Positions 1 to 11,911 of a DNA stretch of 64,000 nt are shown in pieces. The DNA comes from Candidatus Poribacteria bacterium (GTDB lineage: Bacteria > Poribacteria > WGA-4E > WGA-3G): contig CBDBFU010000007.1 in NCBI GenBank assembly GCA_965205025.1, forward strand, positions 32,001 through 96,000, in the 5' to 3' direction. Both the position numbers and the translations under genes were made by a program. The stretch's first letter is position 1. Every line of letters starts with the position of its first letter. Under the pieces are notes generated by a model. The model searched no databases and was not told the origin of the DNA. It saw only the letters and a list, made by a program, of their open reading frames with translations.

Positions 1-1253
1 CGTGATTGCTCAGAGTGAAATTGTTGATTGTTTTTTTTCGCAATGATAGTACTATTCTTACCTTTTTTATTTATTAAGTCTATTCGAACAACATTTGTAA
101 AAACTCCATCAAACGGACGATTGAGATGTATGATTCTTTTTATAGTAGTTTGATTAAGGATTTTTTCTCTTATATCTTTATGGACTTTTATATTAAGAAT
201 TGATTCGGGTAAGATATAGGATAGTGTAGCACCATCTTTCAAATACTTGATACCTGCTTCAAGAAAATATGAAAATGCTTCGTTTGAATTAATATGTTGG
301 TATTTCTTTTTAAGCATTTCCTCTTCCTCTGTAGAAAAATGTGCTCCCCAAGGTGGATTTGTTATCACTAAATCAAAGTGTGGATAATCTTTAGTTTCTT
401 CAAGTAGTGAATTTATGCAATGAATATTTGGTTTAAATTTATGTTTAGGGAACTTTATTAACAGATTTATTTTTGCAAGCCTAACTGCATTCTTGTCAAT
501 TTCAAAACCCCATAGATTCGCAGGATTATCTATTTTTTCTGATGCTGATAGTAAAAACTGTCCGGTTCCACAACATGGATCAAGGACAGTGTGGTTCCTT
601 TTAATGTTTTGGTTAACTGCCTCCAAGACAATGTGCTTTGGTGTATAATAAGTGCCGGTTTTTGCTCGTTCTCCTACATTTAGTAGCGTTTGATATAGGA
701 ACCCTAAAAAATCACAATTTAATGGTATATTAGTATTAAGAATATCATTATAGTGTTCAGTGATCTGCACACCATCCATATTACCTAACCAGTCTTCAAT
801 TTCATCTTTTACAAAATCATTAGTATAACAAATTTGTCTATTTGGAAATTGGTCTATATCTATAATTAACCCGACCTGTTTTAGCAGATTCAGTGCAGTT
901 ACAAGTAATACTATGTCTCTATCAAGACTATTGTACTTAAAGAGTTCAGTAATTCTTTGAATTGACTCAAAAACATCTTGATTATCCGCATATTCTATAG
1001 GGATAATGTTAGAGTGAGATCTTCTTTTATTAGCTCGTTTATTGAGTTTTGCTAAAGAACCGTTAGCGAGATTATTTTTTATCTCTTCTATATGAGAGAT
1101 TAAAAATCTATTATTTAGGTGTGTTGAGGCGGGTTTAATATGTCCAAGTTTTACCCAATTTCTAACAGTTGCATTAGAAACACCTAATAACTCTGCAACT
1201 TCTTTATATGTGAGGAAGTCTTCGTTGGGATGGTCAAATAATTCAATAGACAT
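1..1253 (-). CDS. N6-adenine DNA methyltransferase (gamma-type order) with N-terminal HTH; runs off the window start
   Basis: Read manually from ATG at 1253: MSIELFDHPNEDFLTYKEVAELLGVSNATVRNWVKLG (HTH), then in the same frame GTYYTPKH, motif I VLDPCCGTGQFL and motif IV DLVITNPPWG. Confidence 0.85.
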   Translation of the reverse strand, partial: MSIELFDHPNEDFLTYKEVAELLGVSNATVRNWVKLGHIKPASTHLNNRFLISHIEEIKNNLANGSLAKLNKRANKRRSHSNIIPIEYADNQDVFESIQRITELFKYNSLDRDIVLLVTALNLLKQVGLIIDIDQFPNRQICYTNDFVKDEIEDWLGNMDGVQITEHYNDILNTNIPLNCDFLGFLYQTLLNVGERAKTGTYYTPKHIVLEAVNQNIKRNHTVLDPCCGTGQFLLSASEKIDNPANLWGFEIDKNAVRLAKINLLIKFPKHKFKPNIHCINSLLEETKDYPHFDLVITNPPWGAHFSTEEEEMLKKKYQHINSNEAFSYFLEAGIKYLKDGATLSYILPESILNIKVHKDIREKILNQTTIKRIIHLNRPFDGVFTNVVRIDLINKKGKNSTIIAKKNNQQFHSEQS

Positions 1254-1314
1254 ACTTACATTGTATTTTAATTTTGGTCTATCAATTCATTTTAGAAAAT
1301 TGTAATTACGACAT

Positions 1315-2482
1315 CTAAGCTCTAATTTCCCAATCCTCATTACCAGCATAACGTTTCTGGTATACATCTTGATTGAGTTCTAAACCGAGTCCTGGGTTTT
1401 CAGGTACAGTAAATGTGCCATTAGTAAAACCATAGGCAGAAGTATCAATGACATCACTGGTAAGGGTTGCGACTTCACCGTAGAGAAAATGTGGAATAGT
1501 CTTTGCAAATTGTAGGGCTAAGGAAAAATCCGAGGAGTGACCCCCAATTATGTGGTGCACATTTTACATCATGCTCTGATGCCATTTTTGAAAGTTTTTT
1601 CCAACCGGTAGCACCTAATCCTTTCATATCGTGTTGGATAACATCAATTACACCAGCCTCAAAGAAGGGGTCATAAAATTCGAGTGGCTCTCGTGTACGG
1701 GTTTCACCATCAGCAATTAAGGTATTTAATCCTTTATCTTTAATATATTTCTTTAGGTTGCGGTATAATTCAACGTCCTCTTCAAACATCTCCTCAATCC
1801 AGAATACATCACAATTGCTTGTCTCATTTAGAAACGTTATTACTTCATCATAGGTGTATGCGTTGTTTGCATCAACAAGTATGTTGAATCCTTCCCCAGC
1901 GGTTGCCCGTGCAATTTGTACGACTTCAATATCCCGTTGTAGTCCGGCATTCCGTTCCATGAGATGATTGCCGCGTCCCATTTTCATTTTACAGGCGGTA
2001 AAACCATCAGCTAAACTTTTCTTGATATCATCCTCAATCCGTTTAATTCCTTCTGTTTTTGTATCATATAAAAGATCGTTAAAGTATATAGTGCTATCAT
2101 AAGCAGGTAGACCATTCCCATAGGATTCAGTGCCCATGAGTTGATATGCAGGCTTGTTTAGGATTTTCCCAATGGTGTCCCATAAAGCGTTTTCAAGTCC
2201 ACGGAATTGTTCAACGACACCATCTTCTGGACTCAGTAGATCGAAAGGATTCTTATCTAATGCCTCTTTAGCTTCATCCTGTGTAGTTCCCCAACTGATA
2301 ACTCCCCAACCGAGTATACCATTATTCGTATGAATTCGTGCAATCCGTTCATGCCACTTTCCGTTTGGATCAGGTTGTTTAATCTCTTTGGCACCAGAGT
2401 TACAACCGATGGCTGGTTGATCAATTTCAATGGTTACTTGCTCAATCTTAGTTATGGTGATATCAGATGGATATTTAAACAT
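1315..2482 (-). CDS. Mandelate racemase/muconate lactonizing enzyme (enolase superfamily) protein, one frameshift near 1500-1530
   Basis: KMKMG, VDANNAY, WIEE and ADGE motifs; the C-terminal FTVPENPGLGLEL lies in the adjacent ORF 1315-1560. Confidence 0.8.
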
Positions 2483-2600
2483 GTCAATCTTTCTATAATG
2501 AAACGAACATATTCATTGGAGGTATATATAATAATTTCTTGACATTCTACCGGTGGAGATCATTTTAGTTTATCTGGAATTATTATAAAGACTTTGATTA

Positions 2601-3800
2601 CTATTCAAGTTTACGTAGTATTTTGCTAAGCTCTGCTTTTACTAAATTATTATGTTCTTTAGTATTAAAGTAATCATAGATTTTTGATGGTAGATTATCA
2701 TAAGGATCGGCATCAGCTATTTGCTTTATGAGTGAGGGTTTTCCCAGAAGTTGTGTTATACGTATTCTGTCTCTGTGGTTCGCAACTTTTGTTTTTGTCA
2801 AGAGGGTGATTAAACGATGAGCTAATCCAGAAGCTAAGCCGTTCTTTGCATAATGATCCAGTGTATTTACAGTAGCTTGTTTGGTGTGATTGCTTGAATC
2901 ATTTGTAAGAATATCAAACAAATTGTCAACCGCGTTAGCGTCTATGTGCTTTTGTAATGCGATAACAACGTGCTTCCGAACAGTATCATCAGTATCCTTG
3001 AGTGCTGTTACCAATTCTGAGGTAGATGGTTTGTTAAGTAGTTTTATTGATCTTGCAGCGGCTTGTCGTACACCCACATGTTTATCCCTTAATCCCGCTT
3101 CAATTTGTGTGCTGTATTCATTTTTTCCAAGCCGGTAAAGGGCAGTCTTTATCTCCATTTTCAACCCTTTATCATCAACGTTCTTCAGGAGAGATTCTAA
3201 ACGTCCGTGAGTAGATGTGTCTCCTTTTTCGCCGATAATTTGGATTAAATTTACCTTTGCCGAGATAGGAATATCTGGATTTTCGATAGCCGGGAACAGT
3301 TTATCAAAACCCTTCATACCGATTTTTCTTAAAACACTGAGAAAGTCTCCATGTGCTTGACTATATTTATTTTCAGTAAAATCTTGTAATATTAGGGGTA
3401 TGACATCTAAACCTTTATCAGCGAGAATTTGTATAGCATCATTTTGAACGCGATGTTTTTCCCTTAGGATTAAGAAGATCTTTTTTATATGAGAACTATT
3501 TAGTTCGGCAAGTCGTCGGGCGCGCTCACTCTGATATTCTGTCTCCAAATTACGATTTTTTAATAAAGTAGCTTCTTGTGAAAGTGCGTAACTATACGCA
3601 ATGAGCAATAGTGATTGGGCTTCAACTTTGTTTTCTTCTTCGATCTCTGCACGTTTGAGGTGTTCAACAGCTTCTACAGCAAGACCAGCTCCTAATAACT
3701 TAGTTCTACCTGGTGAGATTTCAGGAATGATCTGTTCTTGTTTACAGCCAAACGACACAACCCATGCTAAGATAAGGCATATCGTTAAAAATTTTTTCAT
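2601..3800 (-). CDS. HEAT-repeat lipoprotein
   Basis: Likely start MKKFLTICLILAWVVSFGC (lipobox Cys) after AGGAG; HEAT-like repeats such as LRDKHVGVRQAAARSI and LKDTDDTVRKHVVIAL. Confidence 0.7.
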   Translation of the reverse strand: MKKFLTICLILAWVVSFGCKQEQIIPEISPGRTKLLGAGLAVEAVEHLKRAEIEEENKVEAQSLLLIAYSYALSQEATLLKNRNLETEYQSERARRLAELNSSHIKKIFLILREKHRVQNDAIQILADKGLDVIPLILQDFTENKYSQAHGDFLSVLRKIGMKGFDKLFPAIENPDIPISAKVNLIQIIGEKGDTSTHGRLESLLKNVDDKGLKMEIKTALYRLGKNEYSTQIEAGLRDKHVGVRQAAARSIKLLNKPSTSELVTALKDTDDTVRKHVVIALQKHIDANAVDNLFDILTNDSSNHTKQATVNTLDHYAKNGLASGLAHRLITLLTKTKVANHRDRIRITQLLGKPSLIKQIADADPYDNLPSKIYDYFNTKEHNNLVKAELSKILRKLE

Positions 3801-4033
3801 GTTACGTTCGTTTTCTCCTTCTAACATCAGCGTAAGAGCAATAAAATAGGGATTGTTAATAATGAGACCTTTATGTTTAAACAAAGTAAATCCCAATTTT
3901 ACTATAGTAAATCAGACACACATTTGTGTCAAGTATTTTTTTAAAGGTATATAGATTCTCCCATGTTATACTTGTTATAGTTGAAACTAAAATGAGGTAT
4001 ATTGAAATGACTTAGACTATACAATTTACTCGT

Positions 4034-5240
4034 CTATTTTCTTATTCGTTCAAACAGATCATTCAGTTCAGTCTTAACGAATGAACTATCCTCATATTTT
4101 TGAGAGTAATCATAGAGTTTACTGTCTATATCATCAACAAGTCTGAGTGCATTTAGTTGTTTTACCAATGCGTCATTCTTGAGGAGCTGCACTACTCGTA
4201 CACGATCATCAGCACTTTTTACTTCTTGATTTATTAACATTTCAGCGAGATGTTTTGCTAATCCTTTTGAAAGACCTGTCCCAGTTTTCGTATAATCAGT
4301 AAGGGTATCAATTACAGCTTGTTTTGTTGCCTTTTCATGTTGGCTCTTAAGGATATCTACCAAAGGTTTTACTGCATTTTTTGTCTTATGAATAGATAAT
4401 GCTTTTGCAATATTAGAAACCACCAATGTATCACTATCATTTAATGAGGATATTAATATATTCTCATTAACATTAGTGATATCTTTCATTGCTTTCGCAG
4501 AAGCACGTCGAACTCCTACGTCATCTGATGTAAGTCCTTTTGTAATCTCAGCCTTGTGTTTTTTATCTCCAAGTTTGTATAGTGTTGTTAGGATTTCCAT
4601 TCTGATTGGGGAATCCATACTCTCTCTATCAATACCATTTAATTTTTCAAGAGCTTTTTTATCACCGATATCACCGATCACTCTAATGAGTTTTTATTTT
4701 TGCTGACGAATTTACATCGGAATCATTTAGTCTATTTAGAATAGGATCAACTGCATCGGACCCAATCTGAACTAAGACAGATAAGAAGGTTGCGTGTGCA
4801 TCTGGATATGAGTTTTTTGCTATGTTATCAACAATAAGAACTGCAGCATCGGTTCCCTTTTCAGCTAAAGCATTTAATCCATTTTTTTGTATCTGTGATT
4901 GTACACTAAGAATTTCAATTAATTTGCTTATTTCTGCCTCATTCATTGCAGCAATTCTTTTCGCTCTTTCTCGTTTAAATTCTGCTTCGCGCTTAAAACT
5001 TTGTGCTGCTTTTGTAGCAAGACCATGAGAATATGCAATCACTAATAGTGCGCGGGCTTCTGACTGATCCTCATCAATTTTCTCTGCTTCTATGAGATGG
5101 TTAATTGAATCTAATGCGAGACCACTATTAATAAGTTTACTTTTTCCTACTGATAAATGACTGGGGCCTTTTGGTTTTGTATCGCAACCAACGATGATAA
5201 TTAGGATAAGAATCAATGAAAGAATTCTAAAGTTCTTCAT
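4034..5240 (-). CDS. HEAT-repeat lipoprotein, paralog of 2601-3800, frameshift near 4690
   Basis: ORFs 4683-5240 and 4034-4681 together align end to end with the neighbouring gene; lipobox IIIVGC. Confidence 0.7.
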
Positions 5241-5375
5241 AATGCCCTATATTTCTCCCTTAACATAAAATTAGACCGTATTTACAAAATGCGGTCTCTC
5301 GCTGCAACTGATGTAGAGATGTATTATTACTAACCAAATCCATACCAGTCACTATTTTAAACATATTCATTATAA

Positions 5376-6835
5376 CAATACCTTCGCCAAAAACACTTGA
5401 ATAAAAAGGGTGTTTGTCCTAAAGTTTTAAAATATCATTTTAACTTAGAAAGGACACACACCCATGCCAGAAATTATAGCATTATTTACTGTATTTAATC
5501 TATGTTTATCCACTACTATGATCCGCCAGTTATGTCAAGTTGTATTTGCCCTGCTTGCGATGACAGGTCAGGTCACAATGTTAAATATCTCCCGTTGGAC
5601 ATCAAAAGGAGGGAGTTATCGTACGATACAACGCTTCTTTAGCACAGATCTCCCTTGGCCAAAGATGTGTTGGCTCTTTTTCAAAAAATATCTGTTTGAT
5701 CCTAAAAGTTTGTATATCCTTGTAGCAGATGAAGTCACGGTGTCAAAAACTGGGAAAAAAACTTATGGTATAGATCGCTTCTTCTCCTCATTACATGGAA
5801 AACCGATTTCCGGTTTGTCATTTTTAGCGGTGTCCTTAGTAAGCGTCAAAGACAGGTGTTCTTACCCAATGATGATGGAACAAATCGTGCGTAGCAACGC
5901 ATCAGCCAATATGGATGTGTCTGCAATCGAAGATCAGGAGAATACACAGAAAGCCATAACAAAACGAGGGCGTGGTCGCCCCAAAGGGAGCCGGAATCGA
6001 AACAAAAAGGATGTTGTGTTCAGCAATACTTTGAAACAACTTCAAACTATGGTGAAATCATTTCTCAAACAGATGGGAGATTGTATCAAACTCCGTTATT
6101 TTGTGCTTGATGGATATTTCGGACACAATAATGCGCTACAAATGGTATCACAATGTGGTCTCCATCTCATTTCAAAACTTCGCACAGATGCTGCGCTCTA
6201 TTATCCACCAACGACACCGTATAAAGGTCGTGGACGCCGCGCCCCTCTATGGGGATCGTTTCAATCCACAACAAATGGATAACAAATGGCGTGTCTCTGT
6301 TGAAACAACCGATAACATCAGAACCGAAGTGTATCAAGTACACTTGCGTCATAAGCAGTTTGCGGATCCTCTCAATATTGTTTGTCTTCTCAAGACGCAT
6401 CTGCTGACAGGACAAAAATCACACGTGTTATTGTTTAGTTCTGACCTAAAACTGAGTGCTCTAAAGATGATTGATTATTACTCCCTTCGTTTTCAAATAG
6501 AGTTTAACTTCAGAGACGCAAAACAGTATTGGGGGTTGGAAGATTTTATGAATGTCAAAAAAACACCTGTGAACAATGCAGCAAACTTATCCTTGTTTAT
6601 GGTAAATGTGAGTGCGAAAATGGCAAACACATTTCGGTCTAATAACACGGCGTGTAGCGTATTAGATTTGAAAGCAAAATACCGAGCTATGAAGTATTTA
6701 GAGGAAACATTAAAAATACTTCCGCAAAAACCTGAACCTATTGTTATTGAGCAAATCACACAGCACCTTAGTTCTATCGGTGCTATTCATCACACACAGT
6801 TAGAACTAAGCACAGGATAATTGGCGAAGGTATTG
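5376..6835 (+). mobile_element. IS4-like DDE insertion sequence, 1460 bp
   Basis: Perfect 15-bp terminal inverted repeats CAATACCTTCGCCAA (5376-5390 and 6821-6835); 6-bp direct repeat TTATAA on both flanks (5370-5375, 6836-6841). Confidence 0.9.
5464..6820 (+). CDS. DDE transposase split across two frames near 6230-6250
   Basis: VADE and VLDGYF acidic residues plus the IS4-type YREK signature YSLRFQIEFNFRDAKQYWGL. Confidence 0.85.
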
Positions 6836-7058
6836 TTATAATTGTGGGTTATATAAATTCAATTAAAAATACCACAAATTAGAGTAAAAGTCAAAATGTT
6901 TCTTACTGAATGGGATTGTTATCTAATTTTACGGATTTGGGAGAGTTTTGAAAGGTGGTTTTGAACGGGAAGAGTATAACATGTAAACTAACAGGATGCG
7001 GTACATATATTAGGGACTTTGGAAGCGAGTTTCATTAATAGGAATGTACCTTCTGCTG

Positions 7059-8645
7059 TTAGTTGGTTTCTATAGAAACTTTGGCATTAAAAGCGTTTAT
7101 AGTATCTAATCCTCCCCATTGATCTCCAGTTGCACACAATTTGAAATGTTGTCCTTGATCAAACTTGTACTTAAGTTGAGCGGAGTTCCCTGGGAATATG
7201 CCCCAATATTTAGTTAGTGCGTCAATGGCATTTTTGTATTCATCACTTTGTTGGTCATTCCAAACGTCAGGATCTATTCCGTCTGGAGGTGTTTCCGATG
7301 GTAGTATTTTATCTCCATCAAGTAGATAGAATATTCCAATACCTTTGTCTTTACCGACTTGGATATCGATCGTGAGTGTGCCACCAGTTTCAAATGCTGT
7401 AGTATCTATACCGATAATAGTGTAATCCTGATGTGCGACTTTTAGAGTGCGAAAAGTGTTTAAGATTGTTTGTGATGGTTGTTCATGAGTCAGGATTAGA
7501 TCTCCTAAACCGGGACGTTTTCCCTTTAATGATTCTTTAATGAATGATAGATATAGTTCTTCCTCATTATCGTATTCATCTAAATCGTCCAAGAATTGAT
7601 TATAGTCAAGACTTCCCATCAATTCAAAATCATGTGAGATGACGAAACAGTCTACTGGTGATCCCTGTTTACATCCCTTTAGAATTGTTTTTGCTAAAGG
7701 ATGGTTTGTGTCGAAGGTTGTACCTTCACGTTTTCGTCTATTTGCAATTGGTTCTCTTAAACTGGTCATTCTCCCTAAATCTGCATTTGGCACCCAAGTA
7801 TTGATCAGGTATTCGTTTAAGAAATCAATAATATGATCTTTTGAGAGAGCACCTGCTCTCAGGATTTTTCCACTCCCTCAGCATGATTCGTCAGCGAGGG
7901 GACCGTCAATTGCTATAGCATGTATCGGTTTCTGTAAAGTAGGTGCTAATTCCAAAGCCTCTTCTAATGACACCCAGTTAATTTGTTGGGATTTATAATA
8001 TCGCAGCAACAGCAGACGTTCTGCTTTTTCTTGTATGATTGACTCAATGAATTCTACGTCTTCAAGTTTTGTATCAGTCCATAATTCCATGCGTGGACAG
8101 AAACCGATATCCGCATAGGTGCTTTCTTCTTGTGTCCAACCGATATCGAAGTTTACTGTAGTCGGTGGAACATACATGTTGAAGGAGACTACCTTTTTTT
8201 CTATGTGGTTAATTGTGAGATGTCCAGTAAATTGTGAGGGTGTAAGCCAGCCACTCTCCATCTTGAATTGTGCATGGATACGGAAATGTATTTGAGCGAT
8301 TTCATTATTGTATGCACGCAGGCATGCCCACAATCCGCGTGAATCTCCTGAATCAATATGGAGTTGCAGATGTGGTCGGGGATAGAGTTGTTTCAATAGG
8401 GTTAACACTGCATCTTCTTGGATCTGCCAACAATCTCCTACTACGACTGGATCTGATGAAAGGAATGCCTGAAAGACAGAATTAGTGTACTGTTTCACGG
8501 GTTCAGCAACCTGAATATTTGCCAATTCCTCCCATTCTTTATAATACCCGTAAGAGGAATACTCAAATGGAGCGATATAACCATTTATGGACACATTTGC
8601 GTTCGAATCAAGGTTGAGTATGATTTTGTTAGTTGGATCATTCAT
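7059..8645 (-). CDS. Selenoprotein N-like protein, copy 1 (528 aa with Sec)
   Basis: ORF 7878-8645 continues in frame through TGA 7878-7880 into ORF 7059-7793: DGPLADESC-U-GSGKILRAGALSKDHIIDFLNEYLINTW. Shares WACLRAY, FRIHAxF and TPSQFTGH motifs with SELENON; hairpin downstream of the UGA. Confidence 0.88.
7845..7860 (-). promoter_or_regulatory. Candidate bacterial SECIS apical hairpin, copy 1
   Basis: GAGAGC-AGGU-GCUCUC starting 17 nt after the UGA. Confidence 0.75.
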
Positions 8646-8646
8646 T

Positions 8647-10185
8647 TTACTTTTCCTCTACAGTAATTTTTGCCAGAAATGCATTGATACTTCCTTTCTC
8701 GTCAGATGTCCACCCCATAGCAACCAATTTAAATATCTGTCCCTGTTCAAAACGGTGTGTCATTTGTCCAATTTCACAAGGATCATACCAACCTATATCG
8801 TGTGCATCATCAAACATTATTACTTCCGGACGTTTATGAATTGGATCAAAGGTAAGTTTATGGTCGGCATTGAGCAAAAAGAACGTGCCATAAGCCTTTT
8901 CGTCCCCTACTTCCAAATCAATGGTAAGAGTTCCTCCTTTTTCAAAGTTTGTGGCATCAATTACGATAACTTTGTAGTCTTGGTGTCCATATTCTGGTTT
9001 TCGAAAAACGTCCAGTATCTGTTGTGAAGGCTGGTCAGGGGTGAGAATAGTGTTACCGAATCCCGGGAGTTTTCCATCTAAAGCATCCTTGAGAAACAGG
9101 AGGTAATTCTGGCTTTCCAAAGTGCCGTCTTCACGTCGATTTTCCCCAAGGTAATCATTGACGGCTACATGTCCTATTGCTTCCAGGATAGGAGATATGA
9201 CCCATGTATCCACTGGACCTCTTCGCCATTTGTGCCCAATGATTGTGCGTGCCAATGGAGGCATTTTCTCAAATCCTTGGGAATCCCGCATGTGTTTAAG
9301 GTCAGTATTACGTACCCACATATTGATAAAATTTTCGTTCAGGAATTCGATGATTCGTTCGTCGGAGAGGACACCTGCCCTCAAGTTTTTGCCACTTCCT
9401 CAGCATGCTTCGTCTGCGAGGGGACCATCGATTGAAATGGCATGGATCGGTTTCTGTTGCTCTTGTGATATTTTTAATGCTTCATCAAATGGCACCCAGT
9501 TGATTTGCTGCGACTTATAAAAACGTTGTATTAGCGTATTTTCGACCTCTTCACAGGTGATTGAAGTTATGAATGCAGTTTCCTGATGGACATAATGCTT
9601 TTCTGCCCGAAGTTCAATATGCGGACAAATCCCACCACCAGTACTATAATAATAGTCAGGTTCGTCTTTATATTTTTTCCAATTAACATCGAACAATGTC
9701 CCTTCAGGAACCCGCATCTGGAAAAACGCCACACTCTTATTAATACGATCGATCACCAGATGTCCGGCAAACTGTGAAGGGGTGAACCAACCGTCTTCTA
9801 ATGCGAATTCTGCATGGATACGGAACGTAATATCGGCGAGTTCATCGCTATAAGCGCGGAGACATGCCCATAAACCACATGAATCACCCCTGTTAATGTG
9901 CATATCCAGATTCGGTTTGGCATGAAACTGCCTCAACAAGGTAAGAGCCCCTTGGTCATCAATCTCCCAGTAGTCTCCAACGGAGACAGGTTTATCTGGA
10001 AGGAACGCCTGGAAAACCGTAGTAGGATACGTCTTTTCTGGTTCAGCAACGCAGAAATTTGCCAATGCATCCCATTCTTCATGGAAGTTGGGGTTCATGT
10101 GCTCAATCGGTGCGATAACACCTGTGAGGGAGACTTCTGCATCATTGATAAGTTTAAGTGTTATTTTATTTTCCGTTTTTTTCAA
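8647..10185 (-). CDS. Selenoprotein N-like protein, copy 2 (512 aa with Sec)
   Basis: In-frame TGA 9400-9402: DGPLADEAC-U-GSGKNLRAGVLSDERIIEFLNENFINMW. Confidence 0.88.
9367..9382 (-). promoter_or_regulatory. Candidate bacterial SECIS apical hairpin, copy 2
   Basis: GAGGGC-AGGU-GUCCUC starting 17 nt after the UGA. Confidence 0.75.
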
Positions 10186-11719
10186 TTTTATTTTCCTTTA
10201 CAGAAATTTTTGCGAGAAAGGCGTTAGTACAGAATTCTCCTTCGTACCAATAGCCTGAAGCCCCTAACCTAAAGATCTGACCCTGGTCAAATTGGTGTTT
10301 AATCTGTAATTCATCATCTGGTTCACCCCAGGTTTCAGCGAGTGCATCACTCGGTTCTTCTTCATCAGTAGATAGTTCACCTTTTTCAGCAAATAGATAA
10401 AACTCACCATCCCCTTTTTCTCTACCGATTTTAATATCAATTGTAAGTGTGCCTCCATTCTCAAAAGATGTTACGTCAATTACGATTACAGTATAATCTA
10501 AATAACCTACAGTAGGTGTTCTAATAACATCCAACACCTCCTCTGAAGAATTCTCAGGAGTAAGTACAATATTTCCCAATCCGGGTTCTTTTCCCTCCAA
10601 CGCATCCTTTAGAAACATTTTGTAATTTTCAGCACTGGTAGGTATACCCGGTCCTGCGTTGACTTCAAGTTCCCTTATCTGTTTTTTACCTAATAAAACA
10701 AGTTCAGAGGATAGAATGTATGAATCTACTGGAGATCCTTTTCTTGATCCAGTTTTAGTGCCTTTAAGGATAGCTTGTGCTAATGGAAGTGTTGCGTCAA
10801 ACGGATTTCCTTCCCGTTCGCGTTTTTTGGCAATCGGTGCTTGTAATCTACGTACACGTCCTAATTCAGAGTTGGATACCCATGTATTGATAAAGTTATT
10901 ATTTAGAAATTCAATAATTGTGTTTTTTGAGAGGACACCTGCCCTCAATCCTTTACCACTCGCTCAGCATGATTCATCGAAAAGCGGTCCATCTAATATG
11001 ACAGCATGGATGGGTTTCTGTTGTGCCAGTGCCATTTCATGTGCTTCCTGCAGCGATACCCAGTTGATTTTTACTAAATTGTAGAAACGTAATATCAATA
11101 TGCGTTCGGCTTCCTCTTGTGTGATTGAGGTAGCGTATTCAACGTTCTGAAATGTTATGTCAGAACGGAGTTCTATTTTTGGACAATATCCAATTTCGCT
11201 TCCAACTTTATCCTGATAAGCATCAAAGTTTATTGTACCATTTGGCACATACATATTAAAGAATGCGACGTTTTCTGTGGACCGGTTAATTACGATGTGA
11301 CCAGTAAATTGCGAGGGTGTAAATCTACCTCCAATAAGTGTGAATTCTGCATGAATTCGAAACACGATGTCAGCATAATCATCATTATATGCGCGTAGGC
11401 ATGCCCACAGACCGAGTGAATCCCCATTATTGCAGTCCAAATTCAAGTTAGGGTTGGTATGAAGTTGGCTTAGTATTTCTAACACACCGTCCCTGATTTG
11501 CCAACATTCACCAACCGAAACGGAATCCGAAGGTAGAAATGCATTAAACACAGAAGTTGGATGTTGTTTTTCCGGTTCCGAGACTCGTAGATTTGCTAAG
11601 ACATCCCATTCTTCATGGAAGTTGAATTGTGTGTATTCTATTGGAGCAATATAACCTTTTAAGGCTACTTTCGTATCGCTATTAAGTGTGAGTGTAATTT
11701 TCTCAGATATTGTGTTCAT
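10166..11719 (-). CDS. Selenoprotein N-like protein, copy 3 (517 aa with Sec)
   Basis: In-frame TGA 10964-10966: DGPLFDESC-U-ASGKGLRAGVLSKNTIIEFLNNNFINTW. Confidence 0.88.
10931..10946 (-). promoter_or_regulatory. Candidate bacterial SECIS apical hairpin, copy 3
   Basis: GAGGGC-AGGU-GUCCUC starting 17 nt after the UGA. Confidence 0.75.
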
Positions 11720-11778
11720 TGGTCTTCTCTATTTTTAAAATCAGTTTAAATTATTACTAAACTTTTGACAATTTTATG

Positions 11779-11910
11779 TTATACCATTTCTATAAATGAT
11801 TCTCCCATGATTAGGTGATATTTATGTCTTGAAATACTGCACAAACTGGAAGTTTGTGCTACATTAAAGAGATTTTATTAATGGGACTTTAATTACCAGA
11901 AATGGTATAA
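11779..11910. mobile_element. MITE-like element, family A, with internal GTAG-type REP hairpin
   Basis: Terminal inverted repeat TTATACCATTTCT...AGAAATGGTATAA; internal GCACAAACTGGAAGTTTGTGCTAC; related copies at 17149-17267 and 18351-18464. Confidence 0.7.
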
Positions 11911-11911
11911 T

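Noticed and set aside
6220-6260. Programmed ribosomal frameshift in the transposase
   Set aside because: No slippery A-run at the junction, IS4-like transposases are normally one ORF, and the window has many probable indel errors.
8587-11084. Plus-strand ORFs antisense to the SelN genes that resemble each other (ERTPAL..LPLPQ)
   Set aside because: Shadow ORFs; their similarity simply mirrors the conserved minus-strand motif.
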